From contig NIVC01003268.1 in the NCBI GenBank assembly GCA_002269645.1, positions 1 to 64,000 on the forward strand: a stretch of DNA of 64,000 nt. The letters are read 5' to 3'. Numbering within the stretch: position 1 is the first letter of the stretch; each line of letters starts with the position of its first letter. Below are positions 1 to 11,710 of the stretch, piece by piece. The notes under the pieces are model-generated. The model saw nothing but the letters and a program-made list of their open reading frames with translations. It did not search any database and was not told the origin of the DNA. The stretch comes from Macrostomum lignano. Lineage: Eukaryota. The position numbers were made by a program, and so were the translations under genes.

Positions 1-874
1 GGATTGCTGCATGATCCCTTTTAATGCAGATGTTGTTCTAGTTTCGTTTCGCTCATCTCGACACATGTAGGCCGTGTATGCAACATCAATGTCCTTCTCT
101 ATTGCCTTAAGATAGTCGCTTTTAGTGCAGTCTTTGGCTCAATGACTTCCAAATACAGCTCGATTCCGGTTAGCTTCACCCATCCTTGTGGTCCGCCCCA
201 GTCCACAACACTCTACTGCGATCATCTCTAGTCAGTCTAAATGTGTAGCTAAAGTTACTAGTCAGTCGATTAAATGTATTACAGAATCCACTCATGATCT
301 CAATGGTACAAATACATCAACAGACCGATACAGCGGGTTCTTAGCAGCATCATCAGCACCTTGCAATGCATAGTTGTATCTCTTCTTCCTCTTTTTATAG
401 CCACTGTCATTGATGTCTCCTTCTTTTTCATCTGCAATAAAACCCGCACCACTTCCAATGAATAAAATCAGGATTCTCGATCAAACAATGAGCGTCATAG
501 ACAATTCCAAAGTTGGCGATTCGCTCCAACTCAGTGCTCCCATTCGATACACTAAACTCCTTGAACATGTACGCCCAAAAGTTACTGATCAGAGCCACAT
601 CCGCATCATGCTTGTCAACGTTAGCACGAGCCGCATCCGCACCACCTTTTGTCTTGAATTGAAATGTCATATGGAAGCCGCTCTTAAGACTGTGCACACT
701 AACCAAAGACGAACATCCATTGTATGTAAATGTCAGTGTTTGGCCAGGACCAAGATTAGTTTCATTCTGATTTTCCTGACTGGGAACTCTTACCTGAGTC
801 GCTTTGATTGTGCTATCATCACTCAAAATAGGCTTGTTAATTTTGTAGAAAACTGGTGTCAGTGGGTCGTTCAT
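1..874 (-). pseudogene. Polinton double-jelly-roll major capsid protein, N-terminal part, frameshifted, runs off the window
   Basis: ORF 428-874 has ILSDDSTI...GQTLTFTY and ALISNFWAYMFKEFSVSNGSTELERIANFGI, matching the Polinton MCP N-terminus. It continues in other frames as GAGFIADEKEG..SGYKKRKK and VFVPL/SGFCNTFNRL..YTFRLTR. Confidence 0.75.
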
Positions 875-904
875 TTTTTAACTAAAAATAAAATAAAATA
901 AGAA

Positions 905-2118
905 ATGAAGCGAAAAAGTACACAGCAGATATCTGAATTGGAGAAGCTAGCACAAGCAGAGAAACGAGTTACCGGGCTAATAAATAAGGAGCAACAATCC
1001 TACAATGAGTTTGTCCAAGCAGCCACAGAGTTTCATAAACCCGGGTATGGAGAAGCTAAGAAAAATATTGATCAGGTCAAAGAAACTATCGACGACATAC
1101 AGGAAACCCAAGTGCAAAAGGTTTGGGCAAAATTCCAGAAGCACCACAGATACAGCCGCAACCACAGACACAACCGCAACCACAACACACAACAACAATC
1201 AAACACAACAGCAACTAAAAGTGACAGATAACATTTTTGGACCAGTAGAGCGTGTCGAACATGATGGGAAATATGTATTTGGAATAAGTATGTGGAGAAA
1301 ACATTTATAATGAACCAGTGGAATATTATATCGACATAAATAAGGAAAATATTTCTGTTGTCAAAGGCTCGAAACTAAGAATTCCTTTCACAGAAACCTT
1401 ACTGACTTTTATGACCAAGAACCAAGAGAAATCTCGGAAACAGCTAAAGAACTACAGAGATCTAGTGACTTTTTCTCTTGTTAGAGATATAGAAATACTA
1501 AAGGTCCCAGAAGTTGAAACACATGTACGATAGCGGTGTCAACCTGACTAAATTCAAAAAGTACAAGCACTTTAAACAATGGTTCGATTTGCCAGATCAG
1601 GCGGAAGTCATAAAATATCTAGAACAACAACAGCAACCAACCACAACCACAGCAGCAGCAACATTTCACAGAAGTACTCAGGCAACTGGAAAATGCAGAT
1701 CCGACTCAAGTAGCTAAATAAAAATGATCACCCAGATGCCTGGCAACACTTAGAACAACACTCTCCAGATCGAATGAACAGAATCAAGCAAAGAGTTTTC
1801 ACACCTCAACAAAGACAGGCACCACATGACAGTTCCATCTCTGAAAGTGAGCAGTCTTTTGCATCACCTCCCCAGCAGCTACAAGCCCAACCAACTCCAC
1901 AACAACAACACCAACCGCCCTCAACTGGAAAAGGAATTTCTGAAATCTACAAGCGAGTAGCGGTTCTTCTAGGAGCAGCAAAGACCGGAATGAAAGATGA
2001 AAATAGAAAAGAATTTGTCAACATCCTGGACAAAATGATGGAAAAGAAGTATATCGACAAAAGAGGGCAGAGAGCTTCTGCTTTCGCGGTTCAACAAAAA
2101 ATAATTTATTTCAAGTAA
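905..2118 (+). pseudogene. Conserved Polinton protein(s) of unknown function, split by frameshifts
   Basis: Fragments DNIFGPVERVEHDGKYVFG, YIDINKENISVVKGSKLRIPFTETLLTFM..QLKNYRDLV and KRVAVLLGAAKTGMKDENRKEFVNILDKMMEKKYI resemble recurrent animal-Polinton ORFs (recognised by eye). Confidence 0.5.
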
Positions 2119-2142
2119 AATGCCATTATTTTTGAGAAAGAC

Positions 2143-2535
2143 GTGGACAAATACTATGACAAAGAGGAACTTAATCTCATTAAACGCGGATCTGGACTTT
2201 TCCCTGCAGGCCACTATCCAAGAAAAGAACGCTCTGGGAACGGTCTTGCCGATTTGATCGCTCAGGGGGCCAAGATTTTTAAGGTCATTGGAGAGAACAA
2301 AGAGAACATCAAGAACGTTGCCGAAGCGGCTGGCAGTGTAGCCACAGCAGCCAAAAAGATAAAGGATACTGTAACACCTAAACAAGAGATTCAGCCTCCA
2401 CTGGCCCCGCTGGCTCCATTGGCCCCAAATCCAGACAGTGTGGACCCTGCAGTCTATGAGAAGATGAGGGCTAGCATTAAAAAGGAAGTGGTTTCAAATT
2501 TGACTAAAGGGTACTTTCCGAGGGTACAAGACTAG
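2143..2535 (+). CDS. Small putative virion core/membrane-interacting protein with GxG motifs
   Basis: 130-aa ORF with RGSGLF and SGNGLADLIAQGAKIFKVI (candidate protease sites then an amphipathic stretch) and a Pro-rich segment; lies in the capsid/ATPase block. Confidence 0.4.
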   Translation: MDKYYDKEELNLIKRGSGLFPAGHYPRKERSGNGLADLIAQGAKIFKVIGENKENIKNVAEAAGSVATAAKKIKDTVTPKQEIQPPLAPLAPLAPNPDSVDPAVYEKMRASIKKEVVSNLTKGYFPRVQD

Positions 2536-2538
2536 TCC

Positions 2539-2680
2539 AAATGACACATCTAAGTCCCAAAATGACACATCTAAGTCCCGAAATGACACATCTAAGTCCC
2601 GAAATGACACAATTAAGTACCAAAATGACACATCTAAGTCCCAAAATGACACATCTAAGTCCCGAAATGACACATCTAAA
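2539..2680. repeat. 21-bp tandem repeat, about 6.7 copies (AAATGACACATCTAAGTCCCR)
   Basis: Units start at 2539, 2560, 2581, 2602, 2623, 2644 and 2665. Confidence 0.95.
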
Positions 2681-2716
2681 TTATTTATTATTTAATTTTT
2701 TTTCATCATAGAAAAA

Positions 2717-3516
2717 ATGGACTTTTCAAACGACTTCAATCCTCACTGGACGCGTAATCAGATTAAGTTTTCTCATCACGAGTCAATCCGAGTCACTTCA
2801 GATGCATTGTTGTTGGTTCATCAGGTTCAGGTAAAACATTCAGAGTCTTTAACATGCTTCTTAGACCTGGCTTTATCGACTATGACACTCTGCACATCTA
2901 CTCTCCCACACTGTATCAAGATGAGTATAAAATGCTGATTTCTGGATTGCAAAACAAACTGAACAAAGAGGACATTATTGCATGTTTTAATAACCAAATG
3001 AGCCTTCCCAGTAACCCTGAAATTGTAGCTGCTGAATATGCAAAGCACCTCAAAGACAATGAAAAATGGCAGAACATTAAAGTGTTCACCTATGGAGATC
3101 CACAGGCTGATCCAAAGACCAAACTTCTACCCCAACCAGATGAGCTAGAAAAGGGGAGAAAGCATTTGATCGTCTTTGATGATTGTATGACAGGCCCACA
3201 GAAGCAGATAGAAAACTATTTTACAAGAGGGCGACATAACAATTGCAATGTAATTTACATTGCACAGAATTGGTTCGAGCTCCCGAACAAAACAATTCGT
3301 GGGAACTGCAATCTGATTCTCCTGTTTCCAACCATTCCACAGGACAGGCTAAAAAGATTTTACAATGAGGTCATTGCGCCTGCCTATTTCATAAATCCAA
3401 CAAAAAACTCAAGCAGAAAGATTTCACAAGAGGAATTCGTTAATCTTTGCTATGACAAGTGGAATCAGCCTTACCAGTTTGTGATTATCAGCAAAGAAAA
3501 AAGAACTGTAATTTAA
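2717..3516 (+). pseudogene. A32/FtsK-like DNA packaging ATPase, one frameshift near the 5' end
   Basis: Walker A CIVVGSSGSGKT (in frame with ORF 2854-3516), Walker B LIVFDD, arginine-finger motif FTRGRHNN, IYIAQ. ATG 2717 is in another frame. Confidence 0.9.
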
Positions 3517-3532
3517 AATTTGCTATTAAAAG

Positions 3533-4270
3533 ATGTCGATAAACTTTGCAGGTGAATCCATTTCTGGCAACAGCGCTCTTACATCAGCTCAGATATCCAT
3601 CCTTGACAGGCGATATATCAACAGCGACGAAAAGATCCCAGAGATCAAACTGAATAAAAACAGACTGAAAGCCCTAGAGCGCTCCATGCACCAGTTGCAA
3701 ATAAACATGGAAGATCTCAGGCTTAAAGTAGCTAGGCAGAAGTTTGAAAGTGATAAGCTTTATGTGCCGTTGTTAAACGCAACTAATGAACTAAGGTCAG
3801 AAATAACTTCGATAGTCTCGCTAATCAACGGCTTGAGATCATCAGTTAATCTTCTGGGAAATTCCACTGATAGACGGATGCGTATTCTTGAAGGAGGAGT
3901 TTTCACAAACACAGCTAAAGTAAATAATTTAGAAGAGTTCATGAACCAGTCAACAGCGTTGCATGATAGAATTAAAGAAAACGTCGCAACCAACACAGTT
4001 AAAGTCAATAATTTAGAAGAGTTCATGACTCAGTCAACATCGTTGCATGATCGAATCAAAGAAAGACTTGAAGCATTAAAGAGAAAGGATGTATCACACA
4101 GTAGCTATCTAAACGGAATGTATAGCTCTTGGGGTAAAATAATAAGGAGGCTTGATCGTCTGGAGAGAACACTCAATCTTCGTGATATTGCTATTGATGA
4201 AGCAGAATCTGCTGCTCGTCCGGTCATGTCTACAGATCGAGTAGAAGGAGCTCTGGACCCCGCGGAGTAA
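3533..4270 (+). CDS. Coiled-coil protein with an internal 28-aa repeat
   Basis: Intact 245-aa ORF; an 84-bp direct repeat (3908/3992) encodes TNT(A/V)KVNNLEEFM(N/T)QST(A/S)LHDRIKE. Confidence 0.6.
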   Translation: MSINFAGESISGNSALTSAQISILDRRYINSDEKIPEIKLNKNRLKALERSMHQLQINMEDLRLKVARQKFESDKLYVPLLNATNELRSEITSIVSLINGLRSSVNLLGNSTDRRMRILEGGVFTNTAKVNNLEEFMNQSTALHDRIKENVATNTVKVNNLEEFMTQSTSLHDRIKERLEALKRKDVSHSSYLNGMYSSWGKIIRRLDRLERTLNLRDIAIDEAESAARPVMSTDRVEGALDPAE

Positions 4271-4442
4271 TCCGGCACGCTCTCAAACGTCAGCCGCCCA
4301 GCCGCTGCCTGCTGGACTCGCGATCCTCCGGCGTCACGAGAGCCGCCTAGACAACCGGCGGTGCAGATGGAATTATCAAAAAGAAAACAGATCTTTCAAC
4401 CGGATAGTTTTATAATTTTTTTTATTTTTTCTAGAGAAAAAA

Positions 4443-5161
4443 ATGGCCCAACAAAATTCTCTATACGATCAGTCTCAATACGTTGAACCTAAAATACCGA
4501 CAGCACCAAACTCAATGGCACCGAATTCGAACACACAAAACCTGGCACCGAATCTGAATGCACCCTATGAGCAACAAAAACTCTACCCCGTCATTACTTG
4601 TAACTCTCAACAGTTTCGACTGGTGGAGATTCAAAAAATGCGCGATGATCTTGAAAAAAATATTTTCCACAACACAAAGAAAATTAAGCGCTATGACAAC
4701 CACTGTAAATTTTTCGACTACAGCAATATGATTCTAGGATCTGTGTCTGTTCTATCTGGATCTGCTGCAGCTGTCTCAGTGTTGCCAGTCATCACAGCCC
4801 CAATCGCAATCCCGGCTCTGTGGGTGCTGCATGTGGACTTATTTCAGCAATTACTGGAGCATTAGCGCGAAACAGGCGAAAAAAACTAAAGCAGCTACAG
4901 GAGAAGCAAGTAAAAGAGAAAGGGGTGCACACTTCAATCATAGGGTACATTTCAAGGGCAATCGAGGATAAGTTCATTTCAGAGGATGAGTTCAAAACCA
5001 TTCAGGATCTTTATGAACAATCAATTCGAATGAACTTGAACATGGTCGGTACTGATGACATGAGTCAGCTGAAAATGAACTCGAGAAAGTTTTCAACATT
5101 ATGTGGAAAGAAGTCGGCAACGAAGAAATTCGGCAAGAAGGACGACGAGAATGCACAATGA
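4443..5161 (+). pseudogene. Polinton hydrophobic-hairpin membrane protein, one frameshift
   Basis: QQFRLVEIQKMRDDLEK..KKIKRY, a hydrophobic Gly/Ala-rich segment spanning the two ORFs, then ISRAIEDKFISEDEFKTIQ; pattern recurrent in animal Polintons. Confidence 0.55.
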
Positions 5162-5164
5162 ACC

Positions 5165-5566
5165 CTATGAAACACAGCCAAGAATAATTTCCTTGTAGGT
5201 CTTTCGTGTTTTGGTCATTGCATACAAAACAGTCATGCACAGCTCACCGCAAATATCACTGCTAAGACCTTGGAGAATAAAGTCTGAGCGATAAATTTTT
5301 TTATTATTTTTTCCCTTCATATAATTTCTTAGCTCTTCTGGTACTGCCGTCCCATAGCTATCGAAGTAATAACACTTGTGCTTGCGATCGGGATCAATCA
5401 CCCAGCAAACCCAATGAGATCCTGGCTTATCGGTGGTGTCAAAGTTCATGATGCCGCATTCCTTTCTTAGAGGAAAATCAGGCAGAGTGTCCCTCATAAA
5501 TATTCCTCTAAAGTTTGGGATTTCCAGTTCGTTAGCCAAATCTTCAAGAAAGTTATTTGTCGTCAT
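5165..5566 (-). CDS. Adenain-like cysteine protease (virion maturation)
   Basis: Catalytic His (GSHWVCW), Asp (YFDSYG), oxyanion Gln and Cys (QGLSSDICGELC). Confidence 0.92.
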   Translation of the reverse strand: MTTNNFLEDLANELEIPNFRGIFMRDTLPDFPLRKECGIMNFDTTDKPGSHWVCWVIDPDRKHKCYYFDSYGTAVPEELRNYMKGKNNKKIYRSDFILQGLSSDICGELCMTVLYAMTKTRKTYKEIILGCVS

Positions 5567-5650
5567 TTTTTATGAGGTTTATTAAACTTTCTCTTAAACC
5601 TAAACCTCTCCCCTAACCCACCTCAACCTCCTAAACCCAATCTCCTAAAC

Positions 5651-8600
5651 CTAATCTCCAGTGCCCGAACGGTAGACTGTTAATTTGTCATCAAAAATGA
5701 ATCTCTTGTTATCTGCACCTGACAGTCCAATCTTCTTTTGCTGAATTGTGTGAATAATATGGTTTTTAGATTGTAGCTTTGAGAACTCATGTGATGTCTT
5801 TTTGTTGCAATTCAAGGCGTCTCTGTATTCAGCTTCATTAATTTCCTTCCTAACCACACGTTTCGGAATTCCCTTTGATTTTTTAATTGGGTCTGACGAC
5901 TCACATTTTACAAAATAGGACTTTGCTCTCAACCCAATGAATTCAGTGATTATGTCACCAGCAATCTCGTCCTTCATTTTCCCAATCACTTTCTTGTTAG
6001 TGGCGTCAAACACTTGATCGCCATTCTGTGTCCTAAAGATTCATCATACTCAGACAAGTCAAACAAATCTTTTTGCTGCAGCATGTCCTGATAAATGTCT
6101 TCTGTTTGAATGTCCATAATAAAACTGTCTGTGTCAGTGTACAAGAGTTTCATTTTATCCTTGTACTGCTGCTTCATGCCATAGAAGAACTGGTACATCA
6201 GACGTTTTGATTCGTCGAGAACAGTGACACCTGTATAGATCGGCTTGCGCAGCGTCACCTTGGTTTTGTAAAATATGATCACACCTAAGTAGCTATTAAA
6301 GATATGGAGTTCTTTGAATGTTGGCTTTGACATATTTGCCTGAATAACAGCAGGCTCTGATGAGGTAACAAGTTTCAGGTTTGTTCTTTTCCGCTCATTC
6401 TCAAGAGTCTTGCCATAGACAGAGTTGTTGGCCAACTTAAAGAGGTTCTTGTCAAAGTCGTTGGTTGCTTTGGTCCTAAACTGGGTGTTCTTATCAATGT
6501 AGGGTTTCATCCACGCTTCCTCTGTAAATGTAAGAGCCCTGTGAACTTTGGTGACCCTGCAACCAAGTGAGATAAAATACTGAAGCAGTTTGTAATGGAT
6601 TTTGTAACGTGTCTTGTTGTTTAGATTCTGTGTTAGTTTCTCTGTATGTTCTTTTTCTGTTCCTGACAGGTGCCAAGTTCCATTATTATCATTGGGAGTT
6701 TCGATTATTTTCGGGCACTTGATGTTCTCTGGGAAGGGTGGAAAGTCAGAGAAATAGTCGTGAAGCTCTGGTGGAATGTAAACATCAACTCATAAATGGC
6801 AGCCAATGAAAAGTCCCACTTTAATTCTGATGAGGGTAGCCATCGAAAATCTCTAACTGGAAGATCTTGACTCATCGCCCACCCGTAGAGATTATTAGCG
6901 TCCAAGTAAGTAATGTAGTTTGAGGGCTGCTCCTTATTGTAAGATTCAATGTAGGGATTGTTTGCTTTTGCATACCTGTTAACGCAAATTGAGATCCCCC
7001 TCGCTTTGACGATTCGACAAAATTGTACATGTCAATGTCTGTAAGAAGTTCAATGTACCAATCTGGATCTTGATCCCATTTCATTTTAAGCAAAGATTCC
7101 CAGCTAGTGGCAGGCAGAGACACATAATGTGCTGGATCGAGGCCATATGCTGTGTACCAGGTGTATCTGAAGGTTTCAAACACATCAGCCAGCAGAAACA
7201 CATCTGTGAAGAGGTAAAGCAGGTGATACTGGAAGAAGTTTTGACAATTAAAGTAATTATAGACATGCTTCGCGTGCTCATAGTCTTTGTCAGAGATTCC
7301 AGAGTCTGTTAGCTTTGAAAAGAACTTTCCTGTGGTGGTAAACCTTCTTCAAATACGTGATACCCAGTAATATTTTCATAGGGGTAGAAGCCTTTGGTTC
7401 TCAGGAGTTTAAATGATTCATCACTGTTGTAATTTTACTTGCAAACATCTTTGTATATGTACATTGTTCATCTTTTAGATTCTTGCTTAGTTCGTCTAGA
7501 CTGGCAGCTAGAAATTGATATGAATCCTTCAGTCTTATTTACCTGTACCCGAACTTACCCCCGAATTATCCTGTTTAATATCAACACACTTAAACTTCTC
7601 CTTGTTCTCTGCGATGCAGTCAAGGTGTATGTCTGGAATCATGCCGATTTTTTCAACTATTAAATGCATGTCATAGTTCTTTGCGTTGTGACAAAATATC
7701 GTTAGATCATGAATGTTCGATTTTAGCTTTAGATTACAGGTGTTATGCGCTGCACCTCTAAATTTCCCAGTAAAGTGGCAGTGGTCCCTAACGGTGGGGT
7801 TTTTAATATTAGTGCAAGTTAAATGTTTCCTGCAGATGTGGCAATGAGTTGCTGATAGGAAATTGCTTTCATCCTCCTCAGTCATCATTATTGGAACAGG
7901 TTGAAGGGTGCTAATCACTTTTGCAACTCTAACATTCTGGCAATAAACTGCTCCACACACTGCTCTCCAAAGAAATAATTATACTCAACAAGTCCTTTTG
8001 TATTAATAAAGGCATATGCTACTGAATTGGGGACATGTTTTTGAGTTTGAGTTTGTTTTTGTGTTTCCGGCACGATTGAGCATTCGAAATCAGCATATAC
8101 AACAAATGGGAGCTTCTCCATCTTGTGATAGTTCTTAAACCGAGATACTTCTCTTCAGCTGAAGGAAGAGAGCAGTTTGTCGGGTGATCCTCGCATGATA
8201 ATTCATGCTCTGTTAGTTTTTCAAAGCGTTCAGGTCCACTGTAATGCTTAAGGCACAAGCGGCAGATGGCAACAGCCTCGTGATGATTATTCAACTGCTT
8301 GTGAATGAGTCTTGAAAGATCTTTAATCCAAACATAGTGAGCCTCCTCTAGTAAATTACCAATCACTAGAAGATCCACTTCAGTCCGCCTTTTCCCCTCA
8401 GGATCTAAAACGTCTTTGCTACATCTGACCGGTTGAACTTTCTCAGTTTTTTCACTCCACTCAAAGACTGTGATTCTAATTTTGTTATTAAACACCTCTT
8501 CCAGCTTTGGGATCTGAGAGATCGCCAAGCCTCCTTTGTCAAACCTGATTCCCTTCTTTTCGCATTCGATAAGATAGTAGTTGAAATAATTTTGATAATT

Positions 8601-9470
8601 TGAGGTTCTTTCGGGGTGGTGAGGTACACTATCATGAAGAAGTGCAGAAAGAACTGCCCATAGAGCACAGCAATTGTCTTTATTTTTAACATTTATGCAA
8701 GCTTTTTTACCGGCTAGCTTATGCGGGAGCTCTATATAAGAGGAGGCTTTAAGTGGGTCATATTTCATGACCATGACAGTTGCTCTTTGAATCCCTCCCA
8801 CGACCCATCCGGAGCCTCTGGATGTAAACGCTTCAATTTTCTTAGTGACATCTTGAAGGAAAGGATCCAGTGTGTCTGTTGGGGTGAATGGCTTTGCCTT
8901 TGTTGTCATGTAATACTCGAGATGCTCAGTGGGTTTCGCAGGCATATAAAACGCAATCTTGAATGATATCTGTAGTTTAAAGGTCTTGCGTGTTTTGAGT
9001 GTGTGATCAACAACTGATTGGATGCTGTCTTTATAGTCGTAGATGTTTGCGGTGGTGCCGTTTATTGGGATTGTGTACTCTATGTAATGTTCTGTAAACT
9101 TCCTCTGTGCAAAATTAATCTCTTCAATGGCAAGCTCCGACTCTTTTAAATGGATTAATTGCTCTAATTTCTCTTGTTCCTGCTTATTTTGTGGGTACTT
9201 TGCTTTTTCACCAGTGAGAGTTTCGTATTTGTTAACTAAGTTGCGACTCCTCTCTTGGTGTTCCTTTGCAGAATTTTTTATAGGCGCATACTGGTTGGAT
9301 TCTAATTGATTGATGATTTCCAACTGTTTTTCATAGCTTCCCAGGTGACCAGGGTCTGTGTTAAACGTTTGTTTACATGCTTCTCTTAGTGAATTACTTT
9401 TGTCTTGAAATGAGACGCCTTTTGAAAAATATTTGTTGACTAAATCTTTTGCTGGATTAGCTTTTGGCAT
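5651..9470 (-). pseudogene. Protein-primed family B DNA polymerase with an internal endonuclease-VII-like zinc motif, multiply frameshifted
   Basis: Exonuclease VVYADFE, CHIC...VRDHCHFTGKFRGAAHNTCNL, FCHNAKNYD, polymerase motifs DANNLYGWAM, KLANNSVYGK and YTDTDS, IGLRAKSY and KSKGI, spread over 7 ORF fragments. Confidence 0.95.
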
Positions 9471-9663
9471 TTTTTTCTATAAAAGAAAAAAAAATTTTTG
9501 AGGGTGACCACCCTGATAGAAAAGTTGAACTGTTTCTACATCCTATCAGTAGTATTAGGTTTATGAAGCTGGATAAAGTGGGGTTTTAAACCTCATCACA
9601 TGCGCATTATTGTAAACCCAGCATTGTGCAGTGTCATGATGGCTTTGACAATGTCAGACTTGC

Positions 9664-10041
9664 TTACAGAATTTTCATGCTCAAATCATCACGATCGGGG
9701 CAGCCCTCTCCTGCCTTAATTGTTATACCTTTGTCTCTTGCAATCTTTTGCAATTCAAGCTGGTGGGCTCTATCATTACCAGCTTTAACAGCAGTTGCTA
9801 CACCTCCAGCTACACCACCTGCGGCACTCACAGCGCCTGCAATGATCGGAATAAGAGCTGCTAATGGTAGGATTCCTCCTGACTTTTCATCTGTGATGCT
9901 GTGTCTTTGTTCATTACATTGAACTATTTGCTGCACGGGATCGACTTTTACTTTGGCACCTTTTATTGATATAAGACCTGGTCTCTTTGAGTCAATGATT
10001 TTATTGAGTTTATTGATGGTTCTGGTTTCAATCTTTGTCAT
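9664..10041 (-). CDS. Adenovirus pX(mu)-like core protein
   Basis: KSGGILPLAALIPIIAGAVSAAGGVAGGVATAV closely parallels the adenoviral pX C-terminal GG/ILPLLIPLIAAAIGAVPGIASVAL. Confidence 0.7.
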   Translation of the reverse strand: MTKIETRTINKLNKIIDSKRPGLISIKGAKVKVDPVQQIVQCNEQRHSITDEKSGGILPLAALIPIIAGAVSAAGGVAGGVATAVKAGNDRAHQLELQKIARDKGITIKAGEGCPDRDDLSMKIL

Positions 10042-10057
10042 TTTTTATTTTAATATT

Positions 10058-11053
10058 TTAATTAATTTCCGTGTCAGCTGGTATCACTAGGAGTTCAGCT
10101 CTAGTGAATGACCGCGTGGGGGATTTAGGGTTAAAGGTTTGAGATAAAAAGTAATAGTCTCCAGAGTCGGAGGTAAAATGTCTGTCTATTTTATGTACAT
10201 CAAGGCTGAAGTATGGATCTGTAGCTCTTCTTTTGGTGTCTTTCTCTAGCTCTCCAGGTAGATATAAAAAGCGTAGAAACTCAGAGTTTGTCAGTATGTA
10301 TGGTGATTCAACTCCTGGAAGCTTAGGGTAGTTTGAGGTGTCTGTTCTATGAGATGACTTAAGTTCGACAGTGTCTTGTTTAATTGCATGGGACGGTTTC
10401 AATTCAGTCATGCGCGTGACTTCATTGTTCAGTTGCTCTATAACAGTGGGGAGCCGGTCTGTCCACTTGGTATAGTACTGGCCACTTTTTAGTTTCAGCT
10501 CCTCTGCTGTCTGCTTAGTGAATAGCCTCTTGGCTAGAGTTAGATTGAATCTTTCCACAAAAGCCTGGTCTCTGTGGAGCTCAGTTCTTCCATAGCGAAT
10601 TTTTGTGTCATACTTATGTAGAAGTGATATCACTGCACCCATGAATTCTTTACCCGGGTCCGTCATAAAGATTTCAGGGTAACTAAGGGGTGAGTTTTTA
10701 TAAATATCTTGGAGGGCGGCTGCAACTGCTTCTGACTTCTTCGTCTTGAGTGGGCGAGCTTCCTTATATCTGGAAGCAATGTCAATAATTGTAAGAGCAT
10801 ACTTGTAGCCTGAGTCGTTGGGGAGAAACAAAAGATCTGCTTGGTGCGCTTCATTAGGTTTATAGATGCTAAAGTGAGGTCTCGTAAATTGAACAGGTGG
10901 GAAATAGACTTGAAAGACAGCCTGCTTAGAGAGCCACTTTTCTACTTTAGCTTTTGGTTCCTTACTTAGTTCTGCGAGTTTGGTGACTGCATTTTTTCCT
11001 ACAAAGAATCCTTTGTCGCTGTAGTAGAGTTTTTTAAGTTTCTGATCTGTCAT
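10058..11053 (-). CDS. Retroviral-like DDE integrase of Polinton type
   Basis: Intact ORF, likely ATG 11053. Catalytic D (HQADL), D (TDPGKEF), E (AFVERFN); C-terminal KRRATDPYFS...RSFTRAELL. Confidence 0.95.
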   Translation of the reverse strand: MTDQKLKKLYYSDKGFFVGKNAVTKLAELSKEPKAKVEKWLSKQAVFQVYFPPVQFTRPHFSIYKPNEAHQADLLFLPNDSGYKYALTIIDIASRYKEARPLKTKKSEAVAAALQDIYKNSPLSYPEIFMTDPGKEFMGAVISLLHKYDTKIRYGRTELHRDQAFVERFNLTLAKRLFTKQTAEELKLKSGQYYTKWTDRLPTVIEQLNNEVTRMTELKPSHAIKQDTVELKSSHRTDTSNYPKLPGVESPYILTNSEFLRFLYLPGELEKDTKRRATDPYFSLDVHKIDRHFTSDSGDYYFLSQTFNPKSPTRSFTRAELLVIPADTEIN

Positions 11054-11083
11054 TTTTTTAAAAAGAAAATTTAAAATAAAATA

Positions 11084-11554
11084 ATGCAACGCTCTGGTGG
11101 TAAGTTAGATTCACATGGACTGATAGAAAAGCTTCCTCATCCAAACAAAGGCTGGACACTTCCCGGCTATAAATATTGCGGGCCTTTGAATCCACTTGAA
11201 ATACAGTTAGATAAAAACAATAATCCACATCCTGGGCATGAGCCTGTGAACGAGCTAGACTCTGTCTGCATGTGGCACGATGTTAAATATAGAGATTTTC
11301 CTGAGGAGAAGAATCGCTGGGACAAAGAAATGCTTAAGAGACTAGACAATATAGGGGCTTCAAGCGGATTTCGTGAGTCGATTGCTCGGAAGCTAGTTAA
11401 AGCTGTTATTTTTAGTAAGGCAAAGTTGGGTTTGGGGTTCAAGGCGAAGGTGGGTGTTTGGGGAGAGAGGGCGGGTGTGCGGAAAGAGAGGGCGGAGGCT
11501 TGGAAGCAGGGTTTATTTTGTGTGCTCCTAACAAGAAATTGGGAAGACTGCTGA
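11084..11554 (+). CDS. Parvovirus-VP1-type phospholipase A2
   Basis: Ca-loop LPGYKYCGPLN, catalytic HD (CMWHDVKY), second Asp (WDKEML). Confidence 0.88.
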   Translation: MQRSGGKLDSHGLIEKLPHPNKGWTLPGYKYCGPLNPLEIQLDKNNNPHPGHEPVNELDSVCMWHDVKYRDFPEEKNRWDKEMLKRLDNIGASSGFRESIARKLVKAVIFSKAKLGLGFKAKVGVWGERAGVRKERAEAWKQGLFCVLLTRNWEDC

Positions 11555-11710
11555 AAGAGCTGGGGTAGAGAGAGCGCGCGTGGGGGAGAGAGATTTTCAC
11601 TTTAACTGAGCCCAGCCGGGGAAGAATTCCGTCTCGAGTGAAGGCCAGAATGCAAAGGATTTCGGCCTCGCGCGAGGCCAAAATGAAAACGATTTTGGCC
11701 TTTCAGTTTT

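Noticed and set aside
5585-5660. Telomere-like CCTAAA/CCCTAA tract inside the Polinton
   Set aside because: Short, degenerate low-complexity sequence at the pPolB 3' end; no regular array.
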